A stretch of DNA of 64,000 nucleotides from Candidatus Saccharimonadia bacterium (GCA_046597065.1 JBKJLI010000002.1:180071-244070), one strand, 5' to 3'; positions 29,716-39,427 are shown, counted from the first letter of the stretch. The notes: generated from the letters alone by a model not told the origin. Numbers and translations are program-made.

Positions 29716-31029
29716 ATGAATTTGGCGACACTCAAGCAGGCAATCCGCTCTCCCGAATTACGGAAGCGGATCGCTGTGGTTCTGGGGCTGCTGGTAATAT
29801 TTCGTTTTCTTTCTTATGTGCCAGTGCCGGTGCCAGATAATGCCGCTTTGGCCGCCTTTTTACAAAAACTTTTTGCATCCAGTCAGCTGCTTGGGTTTGC
29901 TGATCTATTCTCGGGAGGAGGACTCAGTAACTTCTCGATCATCATGATGGGTTTGGGGCCGTATATTAACGCCTCAATCATCATCCAGCTAATGACCAAG
30001 GTGGTTCCTCGGCTTGAAGCACTTAGCAAAGAAGGCGAATCGGGTCGTCAACGCATAAATCAGTACACTCGATTGCTGACCCTACCCTTTGCCATCGTCC
30101 AGTCAATTGGTATGGTTGTGTTGATTCAGCAAACCTCAATTCGAATAGCCAATACCGATCTAATTGGACATCCCAGCTTAGGTCAATGGTTCCTAATGGT
30201 AGCTACTATCACTGCCGGCACCATGTTGCTTATGTGGATCGGCGAGTTGGTAACCGAGAGCGGAGTAGGAAATGGTATTTCTCTAATAATTTTGGCAGGT
30301 ATCGTTGCACAACTACCGGTTACAACTGCCCAATATCTTAGCTTAGCCTCGAACGATAGCGGAAAGATCCTTCAACTTATCTTGTTTGGCATAGGTGGCT
30401 TTGCCGTTATCTTTGCTCTGGTCATGCTTAATGAAGGCCAGCGATCGATCGCTGTTTCGTATGCCCGGCGAGTACGCGGTAATCGCATCTTTTCTGGTGT
30501 TGATACCTACTTACCGATTCGCTTAATCACTGCTGGAGTTATCCCAATTATCTTTGCGCTGGCCTTTTTAGCGGTACCGCCATTTATTGGCCAGTTGCTG
30601 GGAGGTTCAAGTACGGCTTGGGTAGCTAATATTGCTCATTCAATGACCACCTTTTTTGCCCAAACCAGCATTACCTACGCCATTTCCTACTTTTTACTTG
30701 TAGTAGTGTTTACCTTCTTTTACACCTCCGTGGTGTTTAGCCCAGATGATATAGCTGAAAATATGCAAAAACAGGGTGGTTTTGTTCCGGGCATTCGACC
30801 CGGTCGCGAAACCGCCACCTATCTACGCAATGTGGTTAACCGCCTAACGTTGGTTGGCTCGGTATCACTCGGAGCAATTGCGGTGTTGCCATTTATTGTC
30901 GAGCGGCTAACTCACACCCAGACATTGACACTAGGAGGTACCAGCCTACTGATCATCGTAAGCGTTGCATTAGAGACCATGAAACAGCTAGAAGCTCGTA
31001 CCGTACAAATTAGCTATGATAATTACTAA
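29716..31029 (+). CDS. secY: preprotein translocase subunit SecY
   Basis: 10-TM SecY, 437 aa. Confidence 0.95.
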   Translation: MNLATLKQAIRSPELRKRIAVVLGLLVIFRFLSYVPVPVPDNAALAAFLQKLFASSQLLGFADLFSGGGLSNFSIIMMGLGPYINASIIIQLMTKVVPRLEALSKEGESGRQRINQYTRLLTLPFAIVQSIGMVVLIQQTSIRIANTDLIGHPSLGQWFLMVATITAGTMLLMWIGELVTESGVGNGISLIILAGIVAQLPVTTAQYLSLASNDSGKILQLILFGIGGFAVIFALVMLNEGQRSIAVSYARRVRGNRIFSGVDTYLPIRLITAGVIPIIFALAFLAVPPFIGQLLGGSSTAWVANIAHSMTTFFAQTSITYAISYFLLVVVFTFFYTSVVFSPDDIAENMQKQGGFVPGIRPGRETATYLRNVVNRLTLVGSVSLGAIAVLPFIVERLTHTQTLTLGGTSLLIIVSVALETMKQLEARTVQISYDNY

Positions 31030-31084
31030 ATTATGTCTTTACAAACCTGATGATTATCTGTAGAATGACTAATTGTAGCTCACT

Positions 31085-31324
31085 ATGACAGACACAAAGG
31101 AAGTAATCGAACTATCCGGAACCGTCCTGGAGACTCTGCCGAACGCCATGTTCAAAGTAGAGCTCGAGAACGGTCACCTTATTTTGGCCCATATTGCGGG
31201 CAAATTGCGGATGCACTACATCCGTATCCTTCCTGGTGACAAAGTGACTGTACAGATGACGCCCTATGATTTGAGCAAGGGTCGTATCACCTATCGCCAT
31301 CTTGAACGTAAAAAGGATTCTTAA
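31085..31324 (+). CDS. infA: translation initiation factor IF-1
   Basis: S1-like IF-1; follows secY directly (no adk/map). Confidence 0.93.
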   Translation: MTDTKEVIELSGTVLETLPNAMFKVELENGHLILAHIAGKLRMHYIRILPGDKVTVQMTPYDLSKGRITYRHLERKKDS

Positions 31325-31328
31325 AGTC

Positions 31329-31442
31329 GTGAAAGTCCGCGCCAGCGCCAAGAAAATGTGCTCTAAATGCAAGATCGTCCGCCGCGAGGGGGTGGTTTAT
31401 GTCATTTGCGAGAATCCCAAGCACAAGCAGAGGCAAGGTTAA
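31329..31442 (+). CDS. rpmJ: 50S ribosomal protein L36 (GTG start, Zn-binding form), 37 aa, not in ORF track
   Basis: [37 protein letters not shown] translated by hand. Confidence 0.85.
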   Translation: MKVRASAKKMCSKCKIVRREGVVYVICENPKHKQRQG

Positions 31443-31828
31443 TGGCTCGAATTGCTGGGGTTAATATCCCCGATGCCAAGCGTGTAGAGGTTGCTCTTAC
31501 CTATGTCTACGGAGTAGGGCTAACAACCAGCCGCAAGCTGCTTGCAGATACTGGCATTGATGCTAGTACCCGAGTAAAAGATTTAACTGAAAACGAGACC
31601 TCTAAGTTACGTGAAGCCATCGATAAGAACTTAACGGTTGAAGGCGACTTACAGCGCTTGAACTCCCAAGCTATTAGCCGATTGAAGGAGATCAACTCGT
31701 ATCGAGGGTTACGGCATAAGAATAACCTACCGGTGCGCGGACAGCGTACTAAGACAAATGGCCGCACTAAGCGCGGCAAAAAAGTAACAATGGGCAGCGG
31801 ACGCAAGAAGTCTGCTTCTAAGACCTAA
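31442..31828 (+). CDS. rpsM: 30S ribosomal protein S13 (start [10 protein letters not shown]; TAATG overlap with rpmJ)
   Basis: S13 family; ORF-track 5' extension rejected. Confidence 0.9.
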   Translation: MARIAGVNIPDAKRVEVALTYVYGVGLTTSRKLLADTGIDASTRVKDLTENETSKLREAIDKNLTVEGDLQRLNSQAISRLKEINSYRGLRHKNNLPVRGQRTKTNGRTKRGKKVTMGSGRKKSASKT

Positions 31829-31852
31829 TCTGTAATCGAGTAAAGAGAGACC

Positions 31853-32251
31853 ATGGCCACTAAAACTGCAGCTAAAAGCACCCGTCGACGCAAGATCAAG
31901 CGCAACGTTCCTGTTGGGCAGATGCACGTGCATGCCACCTTTAATAACACCATTATCACGATTAGCGATGAACAGGGTAACGCATTGTCGTGGGCAAGCT
32001 CCGGTGCAGCCGGCTTTAAGGGATCGCGTAAATCAACGCCATACGCCGCTCAAATCGCGGCCGAAAAGGTAGCCAACGCTGCTAAAGATATGGGCATGCA
32101 GCGCATCAATGTTCAGGTTCGTGGTATCGGCAGCGGTCGCGAAGCTGCCATTAGGGCATTGGCAACCGTTGGGATTCAAGTGGCCAGCATAACCGACGTA
32201 ACCGGCATTCCTCACAATGGCTGCCGTCCGCGCAAGGCAAGGAGAGTCTAG
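31853..32251 (+). CDS. rpsK: 30S ribosomal protein S11
   Basis: S11 family. Confidence 0.95.
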   Translation: MATKTAAKSTRRRKIKRNVPVGQMHVHATFNNTIITISDEQGNALSWASSGAAGFKGSRKSTPYAAQIAAEKVANAAKDMGMQRINVQVRGIGSGREAAIRALATVGIQVASITDVTGIPHNGCRPRKARRV

Positions 32252-32252
32252 G

Positions 32253-32870
32253 ATGGCACGCGATTTAACCCCAATCGTTAAGCGTTCTCGTCGCGAAAAG
32301 ACCGCCTTGCACCCTAAAGCCGTTAAGGGTTTAACGCTGCGCAACTACGCTCCTGGTGAGCATGGGCAATCAACTATTCGCGCCAAACTAAGCCAGTATG
32401 CGCAGCAATTACGTGAAAAGCAGAAAGTTAAACGGATGTACGGCTTACTAGAAAAACAGTTCGCACGATTGGTACGTGAATCAGAGCGTCGCCAAGGTAA
32501 GACCGGCGATATTCTGTTGCAACTATTAGAGCAGCGCTTAGATAACGTTATCTACCGCTTAAACTTTGCCATCTCGCGCCAGGCGGCTCGCCAAGTTGTC
32601 AGCCATGGCCACATCTTGCTTAATGGGCGTCGCGTTGACATTCCCTCGATTCAGGTTAAGCCAGGCGACGAGATCACCGTTCGGCCTAAAAGCTCCGACA
32701 ACCAATACTTCGCAATCCTAAAAGAGCAGATTAGCGGCAACCAGCCAACGATCAGCTGGCTAAGCCTTGATTCCAAGAAGCTAACCGCTAAGGTTACCGG
32801 AGCTCCCGCACGCGCAGACGTGTCCGAGGAGATTAACGAACAGTTAATAATTGAGTTCTACTCGAGATAA
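32253..32870 (+). CDS. rpsD: 30S ribosomal protein S4 (start MARDLTPIVK)
   Basis: S4 family with S4 RNA-binding domain. Confidence 0.9.
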   Translation: MARDLTPIVKRSRREKTALHPKAVKGLTLRNYAPGEHGQSTIRAKLSQYAQQLREKQKVKRMYGLLEKQFARLVRESERRQGKTGDILLQLLEQRLDNVIYRLNFAISRQAARQVVSHGHILLNGRRVDIPSIQVKPGDEITVRPKSSDNQYFAILKEQISGNQPTISWLSLDSKKLTAKVTGAPARADVSEEINEQLIIEFYSR

Positions 32871-32890
32871 TAAAGAAAGGAATTAAGAAG

Positions 32891-33838
32891 GTGTTATACG
32901 ACATACAACTCCCAGCGATTAAGACCATCAAGGATGATGGCGATCGGGCAACGTTCGCGATAGAGCCACTTTATGCCGGTTACGGCATGACGCTTGGTAA
33001 TTCGCTGCGCCGCGTGATTTTATCAAGCCTAGGCGGTGCCGCCGTTACGGCCGTAAAGATTGATAATGTGGCTCATGAGTTTTCAACCATAGATGGCGTA
33101 AAAGAAGACGTGGTCGAGATTATTCTAAACCTCAAAAAACTACGCTTTAAGGTTTATAATGATGAGCCTCAGTTCATTATGTTGACCAAAAAAGGCAAAG
33201 GCGTGGTGACCGCTTCTGACGTTAAGACCAATGCCGATATTGAGATTGTTAACCCTAAGCAGCATATTGCTACTCTAGATAACGATAAGGCTCAGATTGG
33301 CATGGAGATTAAAGTAGAAAAAGGCCGCGGTTATATCCCTGTTGAAGCACGTGAGCACGAGAAGCTAGAGGTTGGCATGATTGCAATCGATGCTATCTAC
33401 TCGCCAGTAAAACGAGTCCGCTACAATGTTGAAAATACCCGCGTTGGGCAGGCTACCGATTTAGATCGATTGATCATCGAAGTCGAAACTGACGGCTCGG
33501 TTAGTCCATCAGACGCCGTTACTCAAGCTGCTGAAATCCTAGTTAATCACTTTGCCGTAATCGCTGGTCAAAGTGCACCGGCTGCTGCCGCTCCTGTCGC
33601 CATCGGTGCCGATGAAGTTAACGAGTCGAACGCCGCCAGTATCACAATTGAAGAGGTAAATTTTTCGCCTCGGACTACCAACGCGTTAATGAATAACGAT
33701 ATTCGGACGATGAAAGATCTGTTGCGCCTAACTGATTCTGAGCTAAAAGAGCTTAAGGGATTTGGGGCTAAGGCTTACGACGAAGTTCGTGAAAAAATTG
33801 CTGAGCTTGGTTTGGCATCAGGGAGCACAGAGGCCTAA
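32891..33838 (+). CDS. rpoA: DNA-directed RNA polymerase subunit alpha (GTG start)
   Basis: NTD and CTD of RpoA; 315 aa. Confidence 0.95.
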   Translation: MLYDIQLPAIKTIKDDGDRATFAIEPLYAGYGMTLGNSLRRVILSSLGGAAVTAVKIDNVAHEFSTIDGVKEDVVEIILNLKKLRFKVYNDEPQFIMLTKKGKGVVTASDVKTNADIEIVNPKQHIATLDNDKAQIGMEIKVEKGRGYIPVEAREHEKLEVGMIAIDAIYSPVKRVRYNVENTRVGQATDLDRLIIEVETDGSVSPSDAVTQAAEILVNHFAVIAGQSAPAAAAPVAIGADEVNESNAASITIEEVNFSPRTTNALMNNDIRTMKDLLRLTDSELKELKGFGAKAYDEVREKIAELGLASGSTEA

Positions 33839-33840
33839 AG

Positions 33841-34383
33841 ATGCATCGCCATGGTTATAAAGGTCGTAAACTGCAGCTGGCCGCCGGCCCGCGTAAAGCA
33901 CTCATTCGTGGTCAAGTGACCTCGCTAGTGCTACACGAGCAGATTACAACGACTGTAGCTAAGGCTAAAGAGGTCGCCCCTTACTTTGAACGCTTAGTTA
34001 CCAAAGCCAAAAAAGGTGATCTTCATAATCGCCGTCAGGTTGGATCTTTTCTTCTTACCGAAAAAGCAACTCAAAAAATGATGATTGAACTAGCGCCAGC
34101 ATTTAAGGATCGCGCCGGTGGATACACTAGGATTGTAAAATTAGGAAACCGTTTGGGCGATAACGCTCCAATGGCTACAATCATGTTAACCGAAAAGCCA
34201 GAACGAGCCGCCGAAGATAAGCTGCCTGCAAAGGTTAAGAAAACCACTGCCAAGCCAAAAGCCGTAACTAAAGCGGCCACGAGCACAATCGGAAAAGATA
34301 AATCTTCAGCGGCCGGTTCGGCTAAGTCTAACTCGAAAACCACCGTTAAGCGTACTGCTAGAAAGACACAGGCCAAGGGATGA
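33841..34383 (+). CDS. rplQ: 50S ribosomal protein L17 (with ~55-aa Lys/Ala-rich C-terminal extension)
   Basis: L17 family core followed by low-complexity basic tail. Confidence 0.93.
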   Translation: MHRHGYKGRKLQLAAGPRKALIRGQVTSLVLHEQITTTVAKAKEVAPYFERLVTKAKKGDLHNRRQVGSFLLTEKATQKMMIELAPAFKDRAGGYTRIVKLGNRLGDNAPMATIMLTEKPERAAEDKLPAKVKKTTAKPKAVTKAATSTIGKDKSSAAGSAKSNSKTTVKRTARKTQAKG

Positions 34384-34817
34384 GAACTTACTCCGCTAAA
34401 CCCAAAGAAGTAAATCGTGAGTGGTTTATTGTCGATGCCGAGGGTATGACTCTTGGGCGTATGTCTACCGTCATTGCTACTCGATTGACTGGCAAGTACA
34501 AGCCCATTTACACCGCCCATATTGATTGTGGCGATAATGTGGTCGTGATTAACGCTGCCAAGGTTAAAGTTACCGGCAACAAACTGGAAGACAAGAAATA
34601 TTACCGTCATTCTGGATATCCGGGGGGAATAAAAGAAACGAATTTGGCCAAGTTAATGGAAACTCATCCCACACGAGCGGTTGAGTATGCTGTGCGTGGT
34701 ATGTTGCCCAAGAACCGGCTGCAAGACCCTCGAATGAAGCGACTTAAGATTTATGCCGATGCCGACCATCCACACGCACCACAATCACCTAAACCTTTAG
34801 GAGTCACCAATGGCTGA
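34380..34817 (+). CDS. rplM: 50S ribosomal protein L13
   Basis: L13 family. Confidence 0.95.
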   Translation: MRTYSAKPKEVNREWFIVDAEGMTLGRMSTVIATRLTGKYKPIYTAHIDCGDNVVVINAAKVKVTGNKLEDKKYYRHSGYPGGIKETNLAKLMETHPTRAVEYAVRGMLPKNRLQDPRMKRLKIYADADHPHAPQSPKPLGVTNG

Positions 34818-35211
34818 AACCGCTAAACAGTATTACTACGGCTTAGGCCGACGTAAAGAGGCAATTGCCACAGCCCGATTGTATAAGGGCGGTGGCGAAA
34901 TTATGGTTGGCGAAAAGACTGCCGCCGACTACTTTAATAACGCCGCATTAGGGCAGTTATTAGAACAACCAATCAAGCTGGCTGGTCATGAAAAGAAGCT
35001 GCGCACAACCTTAAAAGTATCCGGCGGAGGTAAGCGTGGCCAGGCTGACGCAGCACGTTTAGCAATTGCTAGGGCTCTTGAGGTAATGGATGCTGATCTG
35101 CGCACAACTTTAAAGAAAGCCGGATATTTAAGTCGTGACCCTCGCGAAAAAGAGCGCAAAAAACCTGGGCTTAAGCGCGCCCGAAAAGCCCCACAGTTTA
35201 GTAAGCGCTAA
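34810..35211 (+). CDS. rpsI: 30S ribosomal protein S9
   Basis: S9 family, C-terminal KR. Confidence 0.95.
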   Translation: MAETAKQYYYGLGRRKEAIATARLYKGGGEIMVGEKTAADYFNNAALGQLLEQPIKLAGHEKKLRTTLKVSGGGKRGQADAARLAIARALEVMDADLRTTLKKAGYLSRDPREKERKKPGLKRARKAPQFSKR

Positions 35212-35243
35212 ACATCTCGAACTACATAGATTTAAATTTATAA

Positions 35244-35273
35244 ATAACCGCCAATGTGGCGGTTATTTATTTG
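35244..35273 (+). terminator. intrinsic terminator after rpsI (ATAACCGCCA-ATG-TGGCGGTTAT + TTATTTG)
   Basis: 10-bp perfect stem, U-rich tail. Confidence 0.6.
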
Positions 35274-35371
35274 AGTAATTAAATTAAAATCATTTGGAGA
35301 TTATAAGTTCTAGTTAGATGACAAAGTTGATACCGGGTGGGGGAGAGGCGGTTGCCCCTCCCCCTAACCCG

Positions 35372-35998
35372 TCACTTCTTACGTTTGGGCCCGACCTTGC
35401 GCTTGCTGGTGTTCGCAACGGCAGAGCCGCGCGTCACCCTGACGCTTGTAGAGCCAGGAGCGTTAGCCATGATCTGTCGACGCTCCTCTTCGGAGACTCC
35501 ACCAAAGCCATTGACTTTGATTTCGTCCACGCGATCCATCACAGGCGTTGGCCTTTGACCCTTGTGGGTCCGAGGATGCCGACGAACTTCCTTGCTGCCG
35601 TACTGGCTCTGCAGTCGCAGCAGACTTTCTTCGTCGGCCGGAACTTGATCCATCAGGCGTTCTAGGCGAGCCGACACATTCAGCGCGCCGGTTGCAGACA
35701 GTGTCCGCTCTTGAACCATCTTCTGAATGCTGCTAGGCAGATGCCCAAACAGCCGGTGGTTCTCGATTTGCCGGAGCTTGTCGAGTCGGTTGCGCACGTT
35801 GTCGTCTTGATCGATGAACTTGTACCAGCTGCAGATCATGCGGGCGTTCTCGTAAGAGATCGCCGAATCACTGTTTAGCAGTACGCGCAAATCGAGTGGA
35901 AGCAGAGGGCGGCTGGCATGAGCCAGCATTTGCTTCTTCGAAAGCACCTCCCGCGTTGAGCCAACAGGCTCATTGGGCGGTTGTAGTTTTGTGGTCAT
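35372..35998 (-). CDS. hypothetical protein, GC-rich (~56%) orphan with strongly basic C-terminal tail (KRKVGPKRKK)
   Basis: 208-aa ORF; elevated GC gives multiple overlapping plus-strand shadow ORFs; own promoter and SD. Confidence 0.5.
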   Translation of the reverse strand: MTTKLQPPNEPVGSTREVLSKKQMLAHASRPLLPLDLRVLLNSDSAISYENARMICSWYKFIDQDDNVRNRLDKLRQIENHRLFGHLPSSIQKMVQERTLSATGALNVSARLERLMDQVPADEESLLRLQSQYGSKEVRRHPRTHKGQRPTPVMDRVDEIKVNGFGGVSEEERRQIMANAPGSTSVRVTRGSAVANTSKRKVGPKRKK

Positions 35999-36027
35999 TA
36001 GACCCTCCTGTTATCAGAGGGTCTAAT
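35995..36027 (-). promoter_or_regulatory. perfect 12-bp inverted repeat (CATTAGACCCTC-9nt-GAGGGTCTAATG) whose 3' arm contains the SD (GGAGGG) and ATG of the orphan ORF
   Basis: Read directly; would form a stable mRNA hairpin occluding the translation start, or a palindromic operator. Confidence 0.45.
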
Positions 36028-36028
36028 G

Positions 36029-36084
36029 TGACCCCGGTTTACAACCGAAGATCATTATATTGATCATCAGCTAAAAACCGGGGT
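36029..36084 (-). promoter_or_regulatory. 11-bp inverted repeat GACCCCGGTTT / AAACCGGGGTC with 34-nt spacer containing nested GATCA..TGATC palindrome (two GATC sites)
   Basis: Read directly; lies in 5' leader of orphan ORF. Confidence 0.4.
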
Positions 36085-36146
36085 CGAGTACCAACTTTGT
36101 CATGAACGTACCTGACCAAGCAAAGCCTAATCGAGATAATTTACCC

Positions 36147-36175
36147 AATATAACATAACAGGTATGTTTAGTCAA
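36147..36175 (-). promoter_or_regulatory. sigma70-like promoter on minus strand (TTGACT-17-TATATT) driving orphan ORF with ~140-nt leader
   Basis: Reverse-complement hexamers and spacing. Confidence 0.4.
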
Positions 36176-36192
36176 GAGAGGATATAAATAGG

Positions 36193-36750
36193 TTAAAGCT
36201 TGTTTCGGCCGTATTTAAGGGCTTTGGCCATCCAGATAAGTTCGGTATAAGCGGCTGAAATTGATTTATCATACTGTTTTATATATTCTGGCTTTAAATG
36301 CCCATGTTCGAACATATCCTGTACATTTGGGAACTGAACATCGGTAAAAGTAGGCACTAGGCCCATTTCACGTACACTGCCTACTAACGCCTCGATTGCC
36401 CGAATTCCGCCCCAATGTCCACTAGAAGCTCCTGCAAATGCCACCGGTTTGTGGATATAGTGTTCTAATTCACTATCAAGCATACGTTTAAGTGATCCAG
36501 GGAAACTGTGGTTGTATTCTGGAGTCACAATAAAAAAGGCATCGGCCCATTTTACTATTTCGGTATAGCGTGGGTCTTTGCCTTCGGGGTCGTTGCCATC
36601 ATCAGGAAAATCAAACTCTGCCGGATCAACAAAGTGAATATCCAGCTCATTAAACTTCCCACCAACCTCTGCCACCAAGTGAGCCGCGTAAATTGACTCA
36701 CGCTTGCGCCGAGTGGTTCCCGCCAAAACCGCTACATGCAGCTGATTCAT
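36193..36750 (-). CDS. NAD(P)H-dependent FMN reductase family oxidoreductase (start at MNQLHVAVLAG; ORF-track start 36810 is probably too long)
   Basis: Flavodoxin-like fold with GTTRRKRES phosphate-binding N-terminus. Confidence 0.7.
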   Translation of the reverse strand: MNQLHVAVLAGTTRRKRESIYAAHLVAEVGGKFNELDIHFVDPAEFDFPDDGNDPEGKDPRYTEIVKWADAFFIVTPEYNHSFPGSLKRMLDSELEHYIHKPVAFAGASSGHWGGIRAIEALVGSVREMGLVPTFTDVQFPNVQDMFEHGHLKPEYIKQYDKSISAAYTELIWMAKALKYGRNKL

Positions 36751-36788
36751 TACTAGATCATAGCATAAGCGCGTTATATAATAAGATT

Positions 36789-37778
36789 GTGAGCAACCAT
36801 CGTACCCCATGGATTATTTTAGCCATCGCCATTGCGTTGTGGCTAGTTGGTGCCGCTGGACTAAGCAACTTTGAGCATATCTCGATAACAGAAAGCTTAT
36901 ATCAGTCGATACTGTTGATGCTGACTCACATTGTACATGTTGATATAGTTGACCCACGTGGTCGAATACTAAGTATCTTTCTGATATTGGCTAGCTTCGC
37001 ATTAATTGGCTATTTGCTTAAGTGGTTTGCCGAATATATGATTGGGGTTGGAGATAATGTTAGAAAGCGTCGTTTGCAAGTTAAAATCAACAAAATGAAG
37101 AACCATTATATTGTTTGTGGGCTCGGTCGAGTCGGTAGCCAAGTGGCTCGTGAGATGGATTTAGAAGGCATTGATTTTGTGGGTATGGATCGCGACCAAG
37201 CTAAAGTTGGTGAAGCTATATCTAATGGCTACGTAGCATTTGTTGCAGATAGCGCTAGCGAGGACGCCCTTAAAGAAGCTGGAATTGATCATGCTGCCGG
37301 GTTGGTGGCAAGCTTGGGCGAAGACTCAGCCAACTTGTTAGTGACATTAGCTGCCCGCGCCATAAATCCAAAGCTCTACATTGTGGCACGAGCCAACCGA
37401 GCCGATAACGAGGTTAAGTTAAAACGCGCCGGTGCCGATCGGGTAGCACTACCGTATCAAATTGGTGGTTATCATATGGCTTCAATGGCACTGCGGCCGA
37501 GCGTGGTTGATTACATGGACGTTATTAGCGCCACCGGGTCAACTACCGATCTTCAAGTAGAAGAGATGGTGGTTGGCGAGCATTCAAGACTGGCGGGACA
37601 TCGCTTAGGCAAAGCTTTAACTGAAGGTTCCATTGGTGCCACGGTGATTGCGATTAATGGTTCGGATGGTACTAGCCGAGTACGCCCAACCGGCCAAGAA
37701 GTAATTTATCCAGGTGACCGTTTAATAATTTTAGGCGCCAAAACTGATTTGACTAAGGCTTCAGATCTGATCAAATGA
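36789..37778 (+). CDS. potassium channel-like protein with RCK/TrkA-N and TrkA-C domains (GTG start chosen; ORF-track start 36693 overlaps divergent gene)
   Basis: Two N-terminal TM helices, Rossmann GLGRVG, C-terminal TrkA-C; no canonical GYG filter seen. Confidence 0.65.
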   Translation: MSNHRTPWIILAIAIALWLVGAAGLSNFEHISITESLYQSILLMLTHIVHVDIVDPRGRILSIFLILASFALIGYLLKWFAEYMIGVGDNVRKRRLQVKINKMKNHYIVCGLGRVGSQVAREMDLEGIDFVGMDRDQAKVGEAISNGYVAFVADSASEDALKEAGIDHAAGLVASLGEDSANLLVTLAARAINPKLYIVARANRADNEVKLKRAGADRVALPYQIGGYHMASMALRPSVVDYMDVISATGSTTDLQVEEMVVGEHSRLAGHRLGKALTEGSIGATVIAINGSDGTSRVRPTGQEVIYPGDRLIILGAKTDLTKASDLIK

Positions 37779-38665
37779 CCGAACACTGGCAACTCCCACC
37801 GGAGGCGGCCGGACAGCGCTTTGATGTAGCCCTGGCAACTGCCAGTGGCCGCAGTCGCAGCTCACTGGCTAAGTTATTTGCTAATGGCTTAATAACAGTT
37901 GGTGGCAATCCAGTTTTAAGTAAGCAGTTGGCTTCTGGTGGTGAAAAAATAGTGGTTGCTGTACCAGAGATTGATACCACTCTTCAGGCCGTACCGAATC
38001 TTACTATCTTATATGAAGATGATGACGTGTTGGCAGTAGATAAGCCAGCAGGGTTGGTTGTGCATTTAAGCGAAACTGGTCGGCCGCAGCCTACCGTGGC
38101 AGACTTTGCGGCTACTCATGGGGTTGAAGATGATGATATTGAGCGGCCAGGAATTGTACATCGACTAGATAAAGATACGTCTGGCGTTTTGCTGCTAGCC
38201 AAAAACCCTGATGCAAAAAGCTGGCTTCAGACCGCTTTTCGTGAACGGCAGGTGAATAAAACTTATTTAGCCTTAGTGCGGGGTAGATTGCAGCCACCAG
38301 AGGCGACAATTGATCTGCCGATTGGGCGAAATCGCAAACAGCCCACTAAACGTGCGGTAATGCCAGGCGCTCGCAAATCGGTAACGCACTATAAAACACT
38401 GCGACAGTATGGCGGTTATTCACTGCTAGAGATTGAACTTGAAACCGGGCGGACCCACCAAATTAGAGTGCACTTAGCTCATCTAGGCCATCCAGTGATT
38501 GGAGACGATTTTTACGGCGGACCCAGGCGACCCGGCTTAAGCAGACATTTTTTACACGCGGCTCGTATTTCATTAGAAGGCCCCAACGGCAAGCGGGTTG
38601 ATGTTAGTAGCCCGCTACCGTCAGAACTCCAAGCAGTAATCGATAAATTAGAGTCTGGAGTATAA
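37775..38665 (+). CDS. rluD: RluA-family 23S rRNA pseudouridine synthase (RluD-like)
   Basis: S4-like N-terminus, HRLDKDTSGVLLLAKN catalytic motif. Confidence 0.85.
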   Translation: MTEHWQLPPEAAGQRFDVALATASGRSRSSLAKLFANGLITVGGNPVLSKQLASGGEKIVVAVPEIDTTLQAVPNLTILYEDDDVLAVDKPAGLVVHLSETGRPQPTVADFAATHGVEDDDIERPGIVHRLDKDTSGVLLLAKNPDAKSWLQTAFRERQVNKTYLALVRGRLQPPEATIDLPIGRNRKQPTKRAVMPGARKSVTHYKTLRQYGGYSLLEIELETGRTHQIRVHLAHLGHPVIGDDFYGGPRRPGLSRHFLHAARISLEGPNGKRVDVSSPLPSELQAVIDKLESGV

Positions 38666-38683
38666 TTTAGGCATGGATATAAA

Positions 38684-39427
38684 ATGCATCAGCTGACTCG
38701 CCAACAGGTAGAATGGGTGATTAACCGGCCTGGTGGATCGGTGTTACTGCATGGGCATCAACATGGAAAGATCGCAGTTGCCCAAGAAATCGCTCGAAGA
38801 CTGAACTGCACTGGTTGCAGTGATGGTAGCTGTGCGTCATGTCGGTTAGTGGAAGCAGGTAATCATCCTGATATTCTGTTCGTTCAACCTAACGATAAGG
38901 GTAAAATCATAATCGAACAAATCCATGAGTTGCATCACCAATTAACCTATAATCAATATAGCGCCGGAGCGCATCGGGTGGTAATCATCGAAAATGCTCA
39001 CCTTATGACGTTGCCAGCCGAAAATGCTTTTTTAAAAACACTTGAAGAGCCGCCAGTGGACACCACCATAATCCTAACCGCGATAAGCCCATCAAGTTTG
39101 CTAGCAACTACAGTATCAAGATGCCGGTTGGTGTATGTGGCACCGGTTGCCAATCAGCTTGCCATAGTCAACCCTGAGTTAGAGGATTTAACCGAGCGCT
39201 TATTAAGCACGGATAACTTGCTTGTACGCTTAGCAGCAGCCGGTGAGGCCGCTAAATTAGGAGGTGAATATTTCGAGCAAATTACTGCAAAGGTGCGCCG
39301 GCAAGCCCGCTCTAATTCGGCAAACGCCCTTAATCTATCCGCAGTGCAAAGATTAAAGCAACGCATAGACGCAAATGTGGCAGCAAAAACCGCTTATGAG
39401 GCTTTTGCCTTGGAATTAAAGTGCTAG
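38684..39427 (+). CDS. holB: DNA polymerase III subunit delta'
   Basis: Zn module CTGCSDGSCASC and LKTLEEPP motif. Confidence 0.8.
   Translation: MHQLTRQQVEWVINRPGGSVLLHGHQHGKIAVAQEIARRLNCTGCSDGSCASCRLVEAGNHPDILFVQPNDKGKIIIEQIHELHHQLTYNQYSAGAHRVVIIENAHLMTLPAENAFLKTLEEPPVDTTIILTAISPSSLLATTVSRCRLVYVAPVANQLAIVNPELEDLTERLLSTDNLLVRLAAAGEAAKLGGEYFEQITAKVRRQARSNSANALNLSAVQRLKQRIDANVAAKTAYEAFALELKC

Noticed and set aside
34071-34610. 179-aa minus-strand ORF across rplQ/rplM
   Set aside because: Antisense to two conserved ribosomal protein genes. Low-complexity translation of the Lys/Ala-rich tail region.
35318-35736. Plus-strand ORFs 35318-35665, 35337-35558 and 35548-35736 overlapping the minus-strand orphan
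   Set aside because: Products of elevated GC. The minus-strand 208-aa ORF is longest and has promoter/SD. My hand count of a G-run near 35338-35343 also disagrees by 1 nt with the track there, so coordinates in this patch are uncertain.
36693-36788. Longer N-terminal start for the K+ channel gene (ORF track 36693) and for the FMN reductase (36810)
   Set aside because: The two extensions overlap each other on opposite strands and add non-conserved residues. Starts at 36789 (GTG) and 36750 (ATG, MNQLHV) fit the domain boundaries.
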